This document shows positions 1 through 9,746 of a stretch of 64,000 nucleotides of DNA, piece by piece (the stretch's first letter is position 1; every line of letters begins with the position of its first letter). This DNA comes from an uncultured Actinomycetota bacterium (GTDB taxonomy: Bacteria > Actinomycetota > Humimicrobiia > Humimicrobiales > Humimicrobiaceae). A program made the translations under genes and the position numbers. The stretch lies in NCBI GenBank assembly GCA_964595565.1, contig CAZQQX010000006.1, forward strand, positions 2,817-66,816, in the 5' to 3' direction. The notes beneath the pieces are model-generated. The model saw only the letters and a list, made by a program, of their open reading frames with translations. It was not told the origin of the DNA and did not search any database.

Positions 1-163
1 ACTCCGGAATCAAATACTCCTATTGCTCTGTTATCCAAATTTACTCTTTCAAATCATTTATAATTACTTAAAAATTTAACCTACAAAAACACTATCTAAT
101 TTTAATAATAACAGAAATTATCCAAATTTACGCATAAATGTCCAACTTCCTTCTAATTTAATC

Positions 164-838
164 TCAATCTTTTCTTTCTCCGAATATTTTGGTTCCCACT
201 CTTACTATATTTGCTCCTTCCTCAAGGGCAACTCTATAAGAATTGGTCATCCCCATAGACAGGTATTTCATTCCCACACCGGGTAAGTTCATTTTTTTAA
301 TCCGGTCAAATAGTGCCCTGGTTTTTGTAAAATAGAGCCTGGAGTCTTCCGGATTCCCGAAGCGGGGCCCCATTGTCATTAGCCCCATTACCCTGATGCT
401 GGAAAGAGATGAAATTTCTTTTATTAAACCGACCGCGTCTTCCGGTAAAACTCCGAATTTCTGGGGTTCTGTGCCGCTATTTACTTCAATTAAAACTGGC
501 ATTATTTTATTCAATCCGGCACATTTTGCATTGACCTCTTCTGCAATCTCCATACAATCAATAGTTTCAATCATATCGAATATTTGAAGATTCTTCCTCC
601 TTAAAAGGTCGTGTTTCTCAACCTGCGGAATACCGATAAAATGCCATTTTACTTTTCTCCCTATGGCCTCATAGGCTTTCTTTGCTTCTTTAATATAATT
701 TTCACCGATAATTTTTATTCCAGCATCAATCGCTTCTAAAATTTCCTCCGGTCTTCTTCCTTTTGCGGCTGTGACTAATTGAACCCCGTCCGGCAACTCT
801 TCCAATATTTCTCGAACATTTTCTTTAATAGAAGGCAC
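164..838 (-). CDS. yggS: YggS-family pyridoxal-phosphate homeostasis protein (alanine-racemase-N-like fold)
   Basis: 224-aa ORF; the N-terminal region and the GMTNSYRVALEEGANIVRVGTKIFG C-terminus match the YggS/PLPBP family. Confidence 0.75.
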   Translation of the reverse strand: MPSIKENVREILEELPDGVQLVTAAKGRRPEEILEAIDAGIKIIGENYIKEAKKAYEAIGRKVKWHFIGIPQVEKHDLLRRKNLQIFDMIETIDCMEIAEEVNAKCAGLNKIMPVLIEVNSGTEPQKFGVLPEDAVGLIKEISSLSSIRVMGLMTMGPRFGNPEDSRLYFTKTRALFDRIKKMNLPGVGMKYLSMGMTNSYRVALEEGANIVRVGTKIFGERKD

Positions 839-890
839 TTATTTCCCCTCCCTGTATAAGCACCGGCATAAATCCTGCAGTGCTTCTTTT

Positions 891-1151
891 TTATACTTTT
901 ATTTCTCTTTCATATTCCGGAAAGTAATTTTTAATTATGCTTAAATTAAATTCCGAAAGTATGGATTCCTTGGGCTCCCTCTTAAGTAGGAACTCAAAAG
1001 ATTTTTTTATAAGTTCTTTCGCAGTTATTTTTCCACCGGTTAATTTCCGGTAATAATCATTATCAAGATTAACTGCATGCTCTGACCTGATACCTTTCTC
1101 TTCTACTGTTACCAGGAATCTTCCATCATTTTCTTTTTCTACCTTAATCAT
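891..1151 (-). CDS. hypothetical small protein (86 aa)
   Basis: Clean ORF between yggS and ilvD on the same strand; no family recognised. Confidence 0.35.
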   Translation of the reverse strand: MIKVEKENDGRFLVTVEEKGIRSEHAVNLDNDYYRKLTGGKITAKELIKKSFEFLLKREPKESILSEFNLSIIKNYFPEYEREIKV

Positions 1152-1182
1152 CCAATTCTCCTTTAAAACTTACTTTTCATTA

Positions 1183-2925
1183 TCAAAGGGACATAACAGC
1201 TCCTTTATCAGCACTCTCTACAAATTTTGAATATCTTGCCAGCCACCCGCCTGTAACTTTTGATTTAAAGGGAGCAATCTTCTTTTTTCTTTTCATTAAT
1301 TCTTTTTCTGAAAGTTTAACATTTATTTTATGATTATTGACGTCTATTTCAATTATATCACCATTCTCAATCAGCCCTATTTCGCCACCGCTGGCAGCCT
1401 CCGGAGATATGTGACCGATACAGAGCCCCCTTGTACCTCCCGAAAAACGACCATCGGTAATTAAAGCCGCTTTTATATCTGCTCCTCTTATTGCTGCGGT
1501 AGGTGCAAGCATTTCCTGCATCCCCGGACCTCCCCTGGGCCCCTCGTAACGTATGACCACCACATCGCCGTCTTTAACCTTATTTTTTAAGATAGCTTCT
1601 AAAGCTTCCTCCTGAGAATTATAAACCAGAGCTTTTCCCTCAAAACAGAGCATATCTTTGTCTACCCCGCTTGTCTTTAAAACAGAGCCATCTTTTGCTA
1701 TGTTCCCAAAAAGAACCGACAGCCCTCCTTCTGGAGAAAAAGCATTCTCTTGAGGACGGATTACTTCTCCATCGGGTCCCGGGGTTTTTAATACATAATC
1801 TCCTAACTTTCCATAAACAGTTTTAGCCTCAAGGTCAAGCCTGGAGCTTCCGCTTTCATAAACGGTTCTTAAAATAGCGCCCACGCCCCCTGCTCTGTTA
1901 ATATCTTCCATGTGAATCTCCGGCCTGGAGGGTGAAACCCTGACCACGTTAGCAGTCGTTTTTGACAGCTTATTAAGATACCCCAGGTCATAATCTATAC
2001 CTGCTTCGTGTGCCAGAGCCAGAAGATGCAGGACCGTATTTGTCGAACCCCCCATGGCCATGTCTAAAATAAAGGCATTATCAATAGATTTCTTATTTAA
2101 AATATCCAGGGGCCTGATTTTGTTTTCCATAAGAAAGATAAGTTTTTTTGCTGCTTCCCTGACCAGTTTTATTCTTTCAGGATTCAATTGAAACTGCCTC
2201 TTTTCTCCCTTTACTCTTTCGGTAGCAGGTATGGTACCATTGCCCGGTAAGGCGAACCCCAGTACTTCTCCCAGTGAATTCATTGAATTTGCAGTAAACA
2301 TACCCGCACAGCTCCCGTAACCGGGACATGCAGCCTCGGCCAGCTCTTCCAGTTCTCTTTTTTTCATTTTTCCACTGCTGCAACGGCCGACAGCTTCGGA
2401 AACTGAAATTAAGTCTGTATTGCCCAATCCACTTAACATCGGGCCGCCGCTAACATACAGTGAGGGTATGTTAATCCTTACCATAGCATTGTACATGGCA
2501 GGAACAATCTTGTCACAGTTGCCCAGGCCGATCCAGGCATCCGGCGGATGGGCGCCAATAATAGTTTCTATCTGGTCGGTAATCAGCTCCCTTGAGGGCA
2601 GAGAATATTTCATTCCAAAATGCCCCATAGCTATTCCATCTCCGACTGCTCCACCAATATTTGCATACCAGACATTCACGCCCTTCTTTTCTAACTCCTC
2701 CTTTAAAATAGCCCCCAGTCTATCAAGATGAGCATGGCCGGGAATCTGATTGGTGTAAGAATTTACTATGGTCACAAAGGGCCTGTCTAAATCTTTTAAG
2801 GATTTAATAACCCCTGAGGCCATCATAAGGGATACCCCCGGTAGCATGTGAATTCCTTCTCTAAAAACGCCGCTTCCTTTTTTTCTGACGTTTAAAATAC
2901 CTGCGTTTACTGTTCTTCCTTTCAT
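1183..2925 (-). CDS. ilvD: dihydroxy-acid dehydratase
   Basis: Carries the CPGYGSCAGMFTANSMN Fe-S motif of IlvD/EDD family dehydratases; ATG at 2925 is preceded by AAGGAG. Confidence 0.9.
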   Translation of the reverse strand: MKGRTVNAGILNVRKKGSGVFREGIHMLPGVSLMMASGVIKSLKDLDRPFVTIVNSYTNQIPGHAHLDRLGAILKEELEKKGVNVWYANIGGAVGDGIAMGHFGMKYSLPSRELITDQIETIIGAHPPDAWIGLGNCDKIVPAMYNAMVRINIPSLYVSGGPMLSGLGNTDLISVSEAVGRCSSGKMKKRELEELAEAACPGYGSCAGMFTANSMNSLGEVLGFALPGNGTIPATERVKGEKRQFQLNPERIKLVREAAKKLIFLMENKIRPLDILNKKSIDNAFILDMAMGGSTNTVLHLLALAHEAGIDYDLGYLNKLSKTTANVVRVSPSRPEIHMEDINRAGGVGAILRTVYESGSSRLDLEAKTVYGKLGDYVLKTPGPDGEVIRPQENAFSPEGGLSVLFGNIAKDGSVLKTSGVDKDMLCFEGKALVYNSQEEALEAILKNKVKDGDVVVIRYEGPRGGPGMQEMLAPTAAIRGADIKAALITDGRFSGGTRGLCIGHISPEAASGGEIGLIENGDIIEIDVNNHKINVKLSEKELMKRKKKIAPFKSKVTGGWLARYSKFVESADKGAVMSL

Positions 2926-3239
2926 TATTTTTACTCCTTTTTAAGACCAATTAAAAAAAATTAAAAAAACTTCATGTTAATAACTAAATAATGCCTTTAA
3001 TATTTAAAAAAGATGTCCCCGCACCTTTCAAATCCCCATCCAATTATAATTTGAATCTTTTTTATAATCCATAGTTTTAAGTTAAGATTTAATACTTCTT
3101 TTTTTATTTTTTAACCGTTTCCCGCGTTTATTTACTATCACTCTTTGATAATTAATAAGAGAAGGATTTATAAAATATATGTGCTATCTGTCAGCCCGGA
3201 AATAACAATATCTATCTACAATTTTCTCATCCTGCGCAA

Positions 3240-3980
3240 TCAGTTCAGTTCTCCCGCGACACTTTTAATTTTCTTTTCTGCTCCTTCCGGGTCACCATAG
3301 TAATAATGTCCGGTAACCTTGAGATCAGAATCAAATTCATAAGCAAAAGGTATTCCTGTAGGGATATTAAGCTCTATGACATCCTCGTCAGATATATTAT
3401 CCAGATATTTAACCAGAGCCCTCAGGCTGTTTCCATGAGCCGCTACCAGCACCTTTTTACCCTTTTTTACTTCGGAAATAATATCATCTGCCCAGTAAGG
3501 AATTAATCTTTCCTGAACATCTCTCAGGCTCTCGGTAACAGGAAGTAAACTTTTATCCACATTTCTGTATTTAATATCGTTACCCGGGTACCTTTTATCT
3601 CTAACATCCAGGGCAGGGGGTTTTACATCGTAGCTTCTCCGCCACATCATGACTTTATTTTTTCCATATTTCCTGGCAGTTCCGGGCTTGCTGAGGCCCT
3701 GAAGTGCCCCGTAATGCCGCTCATTCAACCTCCAGCTCTTCCTTACCGGTATCCACATCAGGTCCATCCGGTAAAGGATTGTCCACAGTGTCCTTATTGC
3801 TTTCTTAAGATAGGAGGTGAAAGCAATATCAAAATATAATCCTTCTTTTTTTAAAATAAAAGCCGCCTTTCTGGCCTCTCTTATACCCCCGGGGGTCAGG
3901 TCCACATCAGACCATCCGGTAAAAATTTTCTTTTTGTTCCAGATGCTCTGCCCATGCCTTATAAATACCACCCTGTACAT
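3240..3980 (-). CDS. gpmA: 2,3-bisphosphoglycerate-dependent phosphoglycerate mutase
   Basis: RHGQSIWN histidine-phosphatase motif; full-length similarity to dPGM. Confidence 0.85.
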   Translation of the reverse strand: MYRVVFIRHGQSIWNKKKIFTGWSDVDLTPGGIREARKAAFILKKEGLYFDIAFTSYLKKAIRTLWTILYRMDLMWIPVRKSWRLNERHYGALQGLSKPGTARKYGKNKVMMWRRSYDVKPPALDVRDKRYPGNDIKYRNVDKSLLPVTESLRDVQERLIPYWADDIISEVKKGKKVLVAAHGNSLRALVKYLDNISDEDVIELNIPTGIPFAYEFDSDLKVTGHYYYGDPEGAEKKIKSVAGELN

Positions 3981-4166
3981 AAAAATACTCCTTCATTCGC
4001 TAGCTTTATCAGCCACAGCAACCAGTTATTATATTAAATTAAATACCTGTGTAACAACGATAGCGCCTAACATACTATTAGCTACCGGCATTATTTCCTG
4101 CTACTCCGGGGATATTAAATCTATATTCATACAGCAGTTCCGTGTAATATTAATAAATTAAAGGGG

Positions 4167-5159
4167 TCAATCTGTTCTCTCTATTTTTACTTCTGTTTTT
4201 AGAACTTCTTTTTCTGCCTGCTCGTATGTAAGTAATTTTTCCTTCGCGCCCCTGTACTGCAATACAGATTTTGAATTTACCGCAGCAAGTTTAAGGGCAT
4301 ATCCAACACCTTTATTTTTAATAATGCCGGCCAGAAACGAGGCTGCAAAAGAGTCCCCGGCGCCGGTAGTCTCCACCACCCTAACATTTGGGGGATATAA
4401 TATGAAACGCCTGTTTTTATCATCCATGCAGTGGACAGGTCCGGCTCCGTCAGTTATTATCACTATCCCCGGGCCAAGCTCTTTTAAGGACCTCAGCTTG
4501 TTTGATTTTCTCTTCTTACCTACCAGAATATCCGCTTCCTCTTCATTAAGTACAAGAATAGTGGTGTTTTTAATGATTTCATTTAAAAAGTCCACGCCTT
4601 TTTCACACAGATAATTGCTCGGGTTAAACAATATTTTTATATTATTTTTCACGGCATAACGGGAAAGTTTTTCCATGGTTTTAAAAGATTCTCCCATCAT
4701 GCTGGTCATACAGAGCCACCGGGTTTTTATTTTTTTCAGGTCAATTTCATCATAGAAAAGAAAATCATTTATTCCCTTGTAGACGAGCACGGTTCTCCTT
4801 TTCTCCAGACTATCAAGAATAACAGAATAGCCTGTTCTGTAATTTTTATAATTATCCTCAACCCCCAGAAAATCTATTTTTTCCTTTTTCAGGTTCTCCA
4901 GAATATCCATTGACCTTATATTTTTTGCAAGTTTACCGATGTATCCCGTCTTTAATCCCAGTCTCGAAAGGCAAACTGCGGTATTGGTTCCACCGCCCCC
5001 GATATAAAAATCAAGTTTATCTATCAATAATTTTGACCCTACAGGATAGGATATATAGTGCTCTTCTTCGTTAAGCGTCCTTATATAAAATGATCTGGTC
5101 TTATCGGTATAAACAAATACGTCAGTGGTATTTGACCCTATTGTTATTACGTCATACAT
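4167..5159 (-). CDS. PfkB-family carbohydrate/ribokinase-like kinase
   Basis: GGGGTNTA and TTGAGDSF motifs. The ORF track starts at a TTG at 5201; the ATG at 5159 (MYDVITIG) with an upstream GGAGG is the more likely start. Confidence 0.75.
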   Translation of the reverse strand: MYDVITIGSNTTDVFVYTDKTRSFYIRTLNEEEHYISYPVGSKLLIDKLDFYIGGGGTNTAVCLSRLGLKTGYIGKLAKNIRSMDILENLKKEKIDFLGVEDNYKNYRTGYSVILDSLEKRRTVLVYKGINDFLFYDEIDLKKIKTRWLCMTSMMGESFKTMEKLSRYAVKNNIKILFNPSNYLCEKGVDFLNEIIKNTTILVLNEEEADILVGKKRKSNKLRSLKELGPGIVIITDGAGPVHCMDDKNRRFILYPPNVRVVETTGAGDSFAASFLAGIIKNKGVGYALKLAAVNSKSVLQYRGAKEKLLTYEQAEKEVLKTEVKIERTD

Positions 5160-5426
5160 ATAATATTTTTCCTCCTTAATATTCTCCTTCCCCGGCGACA
5201 ATCTTTATTTAAATGCAGGTATAAAAATCCTGCTCCGCCATTACCAGCCAAAAAAAGAAATGAGGTTACCATTTAAAAGAAGTGGGATTCCGCCTACCGG
5301 AAGTGGAATTTTAATTTTTTGTTTCATTGTATCGCTGAGCTCCCATAACCGGGGAAAATTACTGTATTACTATTCCGTTCATATAAATTTCATATCCTGC
5401 ATTCATCTACTTCAAATTAAGTTAAT

Positions 5427-6110
5427 TTAATCTCCGTAACCGGGGAAATAATCTACTATCATATTCTCTTCTTTTAAATTCATTTCCAGCAGGGTTTTTA
5501 CTATTATCTCTACCATCTTTCGAGGTCCTGAGGTGTAATAAACACTGTTAAAGATATCACTGACACTTCTTTTTATTACATCACTGTCTATTAATCGTGG
5601 CTCAATTATGTAATTTAAATCCAGCCAGTCATTACTGGCTGCCAGCCCGTCCAGAACATCCTTAAAAACAATATCCATGTTTTTGTTCCCGTAAAGCACA
5701 GTTATATCAGGACCCCTGCCCCTATGGGCAAGATCAAGCATAATAGAACGGTAGGGAGTAACACCTATGCCCCCGGCTATGAAAACAAATTTTTTATCCT
5801 CACTTTTAATTGTAAAATCACCCTGGATATCAGATGCTTCAACAATGCTACCCGGCTCCAGATTATAAAGAGCCCTTTTGAAAGAACTCCCTTTTTTAAA
5901 ATCAAACCTGGTGGTAAGCATAATATTTTTCTCATGGGGAGCAGAAGATATGGTAAAATGCCTTTCTATCCCTCTGCTATCAGGATTCCTGTGGGGTATG
6001 CGATAAAAAACAAACTGACCGGCTTTCCAGTATATTTCCTTTTCTGGTTTAAAAATAAAAGAAAATGTATCCCTGGTTTCCTTAATCCTTTTAATTAGCT
6101 CAACTCTCAT
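5427..6110 (-). CDS. FAD/NAD(P)-binding oxidoreductase (ferredoxin-NADP reductase-like)
   Basis: RHFTISS FAD-binding motif and GGIGVTP NAD(P)-binding motif, typical of ferredoxin-NADP reductase (FNR)-type reductases. Confidence 0.7.
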   Translation of the reverse strand: MRVELIKRIKETRDTFSFIFKPEKEIYWKAGQFVFYRIPHRNPDSRGIERHFTISSAPHEKNIMLTTRFDFKKGSSFKRALYNLEPGSIVEASDIQGDFTIKSEDKKFVFIAGGIGVTPYRSIMLDLAHRGRGPDITVLYGNKNMDIVFKDVLDGLAASNDWLDLNYIIEPRLIDSDVIKRSVSDIFNSVYYTSGPRKMVEIIVKTLLEMNLKEENMIVDYFPGYGD

Positions 6111-6513
6111 CAGGCTAGTGCGCCTTTCTGCTTCTAATTATCTATAAGAAGACCGGTAGAAATTAATTAATTAATTAAATAAAAAGTTTTATAAAAATCT
6201 TTATATTTAAAATATCATATAAACCCTCTTTTTTTAAGTTTTACTTTTAACAAAATTTTTACTGTATAATAATTAAACTCTTTGCCTTTGCAGTAGAAAA
6301 TAGCCAGAGACCTGTTATAGAGAGAAAGACCGGGATATTCTTTACTATCTGAAACCATACCGGTAATCTAAAACAGTTTCCGATAGAACTCTGTAACAAA
6401 AATAAGCTGTTCTGCTATTATAAATATAATAACTACCATTAGAGCAGCAGGGCCTGGCAGGATCAATTAAAAACTATAGTAAAATTAAATACGGCGGTCA
6501 TTGGAGGTTAAAT

Positions 6514-7302
6514 ATGCCGGAGTTACCTGATGTAGAACACTTCAGGCGCATTTTCTATCATACTTCTTTAAATAAGGAGATTATAAATGTTAAAAGACTG
6601 GATTCTAAAATAATAAAGAATACCGGCATACAATCTTTTAAAGAATGCCTTACGGGCTCAAAATTCATCACCACGGAAAGGCAGGGAAAATATCTTTTTG
6701 CAAAGACCAGCAAGGAAAAATGGGTTGTCTTTCATTTTGGCATGACTGGAAATTTTATTTATCAGAAGAATAAAAATAATATCCCCGAACATACCAGGGC
6801 CCATTTTGAATTTAGGGATTCAGCAATTTCATATATATCCGTGAGAAAACTGGGAAAAATTTTTCTGGTTGATTCAAAACAATCTTTTATAGAACAAAAA
6901 AAATTAGGGCCAGATGCACTGGACATAAATCTTAAGACATTCAGCAAAAAAATTAAAAACAAAAAAAAGATAAAATCAGCATTCCTTGACCAGTCAGTTA
7001 TTGCAGGAGTGGGAAATATGTATGCTGATGAGATATTGTTCCAGTCCGGTATTCATCCTGAAACCAGAGCCGATAGCCTCAGTGATGAATCCATTAAGAA
7101 ATTACACCGGAATACTCTTAAAATATTAAGGACTGCAATAGATAGAAAAGTTGATATAGACAAATTCCCTGATAACTGGCTCATACTTAAAAGAAAAATA
7201 GAGGCAGACTGTCCGTATGAATGTGGCGGGAAAATTAAAAGGATAAAAATTAACAACAGGTCTACCTATTACTGTCCTGTATGTCAGAAATTGCAAAAAT
7301 AA
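6514..7302 (+). CDS. mutM: formamidopyrimidine-DNA glycosylase / endonuclease VIII family (Fpg/Nei)
   Basis: N-terminal MPELPDVE with catalytic Pro2, an H2TH region, and a C-terminal CPYECGG...CPVCQK zinc finger; SD GGAGG upstream. Confidence 0.85.
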   Translation: MPELPDVEHFRRIFYHTSLNKEIINVKRLDSKIIKNTGIQSFKECLTGSKFITTERQGKYLFAKTSKEKWVVFHFGMTGNFIYQKNKNNIPEHTRAHFEFRDSAISYISVRKLGKIFLVDSKQSFIEQKKLGPDALDINLKTFSKKIKNKKKIKSAFLDQSVIAGVGNMYADEILFQSGIHPETRADSLSDESIKKLHRNTLKILRTAIDRKVDIDKFPDNWLILKRKIEADCPYECGGKIKRIKINNRSTYYCPVCQKLQK

Positions 7303-7465
7303 GTTTTAGGGACTGCTTTCATTAATATTAATATTATCATTATTATTATATTTTCTTTTCTCTTTCCTTATTAATGGTTAATACTATTATTCTTTTATAA
7401 TTTTACGGCCCGCGATTTATTGCCCGGTAATGAAAAATAAGGGTACCTATAATAAATCTGTATTC

Positions 7466-7494
7466 TTGTTAAAATTCCCAATTGCTTCTAAAAT
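7466..7494 (+). promoter_or_regulatory. candidate sigma-A-type promoter (TTGTTA-17 nt-TAAAAT) for the LigD-PE/DUF72 pair
   Basis: Near-consensus -35 and -10 hexamers with 17-nt spacing, about 40 nt upstream of the ATG at 7532. Confidence 0.35.
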
Positions 7495-7531
7495 TAAAAG
7501 ATAAAGAAAATAAATTATATTTCTTAATTCT

Positions 7532-8107
7532 ATGAATGACCTGGACCAGTATAAGAAAAAAAGAGATTTTGGAAAAACCGGCGAGCCTGGAGCTAAAATA
7601 AAGAAAGGCAAAAGCAATAATCTTATTTACGTTATCCAGAAACATAAGGCAAGCAATCTGCATTATGATTTAAGGCTGGAATTAAACGGGGTTCTTAAAT
7701 CCTGGGCAATCCCAAAAGGGCCTTCTGCTGACCCTTCGCAGAAGAAACTCGCAGTACCCACTGAAGACCACCCTATTGATTATGCTTACTTTGAGGGGGT
7801 AATCCCCGCCGGACAGTATGGGGCAGGAACTGTTATTGTCTGGGATAAAGGAACCTATAAAAATCTAAAAGATAACATTTCTCTTAAAGAGGCCTACCGG
7901 AAAGGTAGGTTAGAAATTTTTATTGATGGAGAAAAATTAAAGGGTGGCTATGCCTTAATCAGAACCGGGAAAAATCAGGAAACCGACCGCCGGTGGCTCC
8001 TGATAAAAATGAAAGATAGCTATGCAGATGCCAGAAGAAATCCGGTAAAGACCGAGCCCAATTCGGTTATAAGCAATAAAACCATCGAAGAACTGGAAGA
8101 AAAATAA
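7532..8107 (+). CDS. standalone DNA ligase D 3'-phosphoesterase (PE) domain protein
   Basis: RDFGKTGEP...VIQKHKASNLHYDLRLE...GVLKSWAIPKGPS matches the LigD PE-domain signature; no ligase or polymerase domain is attached. Confidence 0.75.
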   Translation: MNDLDQYKKKRDFGKTGEPGAKIKKGKSNNLIYVIQKHKASNLHYDLRLELNGVLKSWAIPKGPSADPSQKKLAVPTEDHPIDYAYFEGVIPAGQYGAGTVIVWDKGTYKNLKDNISLKEAYRKGRLEIFIDGEKLKGGYALIRTGKNQETDRRWLLIKMKDSYADARRNPVKTEPNSVISNKTIEELEEK

Positions 8108-8114
8108 TTTAATA

Positions 8115-8849
8115 ATGGCTCATAAACATAAAATATTTATAGGAACATCAGGCTGGAACTATAAAAGCTGGAAAAAAAAGTTTTATCCTGAAGAATTGTC
8201 TCAGAAAGAATGGCTTAGCTATTATTCAAAAAAATTTAATTCAGTTGAGATAAACAATACTTTTTACCAGCTCCCCGGTAAAAACACCTTCCGTAACTGG
8301 TCCTCCAGTACACCTGAAAGCTTTACCTTTTCGGTTAAAGCCTCGAGGTATATAACTCACCTTAAAAAATTAAATGATTGTGATGACGCTGTTAGCAGGC
8401 TAATTGACCATTCCACAGGGCTCGGTAAAAAGCTTGGAATTTTTTTATTCCAGCTGCCGGGTAATCAGCACAGAGATAAAAAAAAATTAAAAAAATTTTT
8501 ATCTCTGCTGCCGGATAAATACAGATATGTCTTTGAGTTCAGGCATGACTCCTGGTTTGATAATGATATATTTGAACTCCTGGACAATAATAACTGCGGA
8601 ATAGTAATTAATTCTTCACCTGACTTTCCTTTTTATGACATTGCTACAGGAAAGATATGTTATATAAGAATGCACGGCAGTAAAACCCTGTATTCATCCA
8701 GATATACAGATAAAGAACTAAAAAATTTTGCAGAGATAGTGCTTAAATACCATAAAAAAGGGTATGAATTATTTGTATTTTTTAATAATGACGTTCACGG
8801 CTATGCAGTAGAAAATGCAGATACCCTGCAGAAAATTATTATATCTTAA
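8115..8849 (+). CDS. DUF72 (YecE-like) family protein
   Basis: GTSGWNYKSWKKKFYP...FNSVEINNTFYQLP matches the DUF72 N-terminal signature; starts 8 nt after the PE gene, so likely co-transcribed. Confidence 0.75.
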   Translation: MAHKHKIFIGTSGWNYKSWKKKFYPEELSQKEWLSYYSKKFNSVEINNTFYQLPGKNTFRNWSSSTPESFTFSVKASRYITHLKKLNDCDDAVSRLIDHSTGLGKKLGIFLFQLPGNQHRDKKKLKKFLSLLPDKYRYVFEFRHDSWFDNDIFELLDNNNCGIVINSSPDFPFYDIATGKICYIRMHGSKTLYSSRYTDKELKNFAEIVLKYHKKGYELFVFFNNDVHGYAVENADTLQKIIIS

Positions 8850-8861
8850 ATGCCCTATTTT

Positions 8862-9053
8862 TTAACATTGAAAACAGTATTCCTGAATTTTCAAAAGCCC
8901 TGATGCCTTAATCAAAAAGATACCATGGAGGCTAAAAAAACTTACCAGCCCTCCTGTATTGGGAGTTTTTTCATAGATTAGAGCACGGACACCATTTTTA
9001 TTCATGTAGGCTGCACAGGTTAAATCAGTCAGACCGGCACCTACTACAATCAC
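8862..9053 (-). pseudogene. N-terminal fragment (63 aa) of an FAD-dependent oxidoreductase (phytoene-desaturase/amine-oxidase-like)
   Basis: IVVGAGLTDLTCAAYMNKNGVRALIYEK...GG is a Rossmann FAD-binding N-terminus; the ORF ends after 63 aa, right where the convergent DUF72 gene ends. Confidence 0.5.
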
Positions 9054-9232
9054 ATCATAATAATTTATTAGGGCTGCCCACCCTGCGATAAAAAAACTAC
9101 AGACTTAATATGTATTCTACCCATATTAATTACTGCACCATAATAATTAGTCTGGATAGGTTTAAAAACAAGCCTGTTCCTATCCAGGTTAATTATTCTC
9201 CTGGAGCTTCAAAGCTCCTTAACCTGCCTTTT

Positions 9233-9568
9233 CTAATAAGCGCTCCAACCGCCATCCGCAATAACTACTGCTCCATTTACAAAGCTGGAGTCCTGACTTG
9301 CTAAAAATAAGGCTATGGAAGCAATTTCTTTAGATTTTCCAGCCCCGGGGTTAAGCTTCATACCCGGGGTGGCTCTTTCCATTCCGAATTGGCTCGGTTC
9401 AGTTATTGTATCCCCTATACTGTTCTCTACTGCGCCCGGAACTATAGCATTACACCTAATACCCTTTTTAGCGTACTGGAACCCAACATTTTTAGTTAAA
9501 CCTACTATTGCATGTTTTGAAGCAGTATAAACAGCACCTGCTCTGAGATAACAGACATATTTGAACAT
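9233..9568 (-). pseudogene. C-terminal fragment (111 aa) of a short-chain dehydrogenase/reductase
   Basis: YTASKHAIVGLTK (YxxxK active site) ...PGAV...FVNGAVVIADGG is an SDR C-terminal half; no N-terminal TGxxxGxG region exists upstream in any frame before the tmRNA. Confidence 0.55.
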
Positions 9569-9746
9569 TTCTTTTTTCGCAAAAAAGTTTATAAATCCTG
9601 CACGTTCATTTTGTCAAGGGCCTTTTTACGCCTTTGTTTTCCCCTGCAGGCGAAGTAAATCACAAGCAGAATGAAAGTTGGGATTTTCAGCCCACAAAGG
9701 TTAATTCTAAAACATATGGAACCCATGGGATTGCCGGGTGCTAATA

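Noticed and set aside
396-587. Plus-strand ORFs lying inside minus-strand genes (for example 396-587, 2420-2731, 22800-23300, 23404-24165, 35002-35502, 35803-36300 and many others in the track)
   Set aside because: All are antisense shadows of well-supported genes with strong family matches; their products are low-complexity, and they have no RBS or independent support
9152-9187. 9-bp perfect inverted repeat CTGGATAGG-N18-CCTATCCAG as a standalone regulatory element or terminator
   Set aside because: An 18-nt loop and no flanking U-tract; mentioned only as context within the tmRNA-adjacent fragment finding
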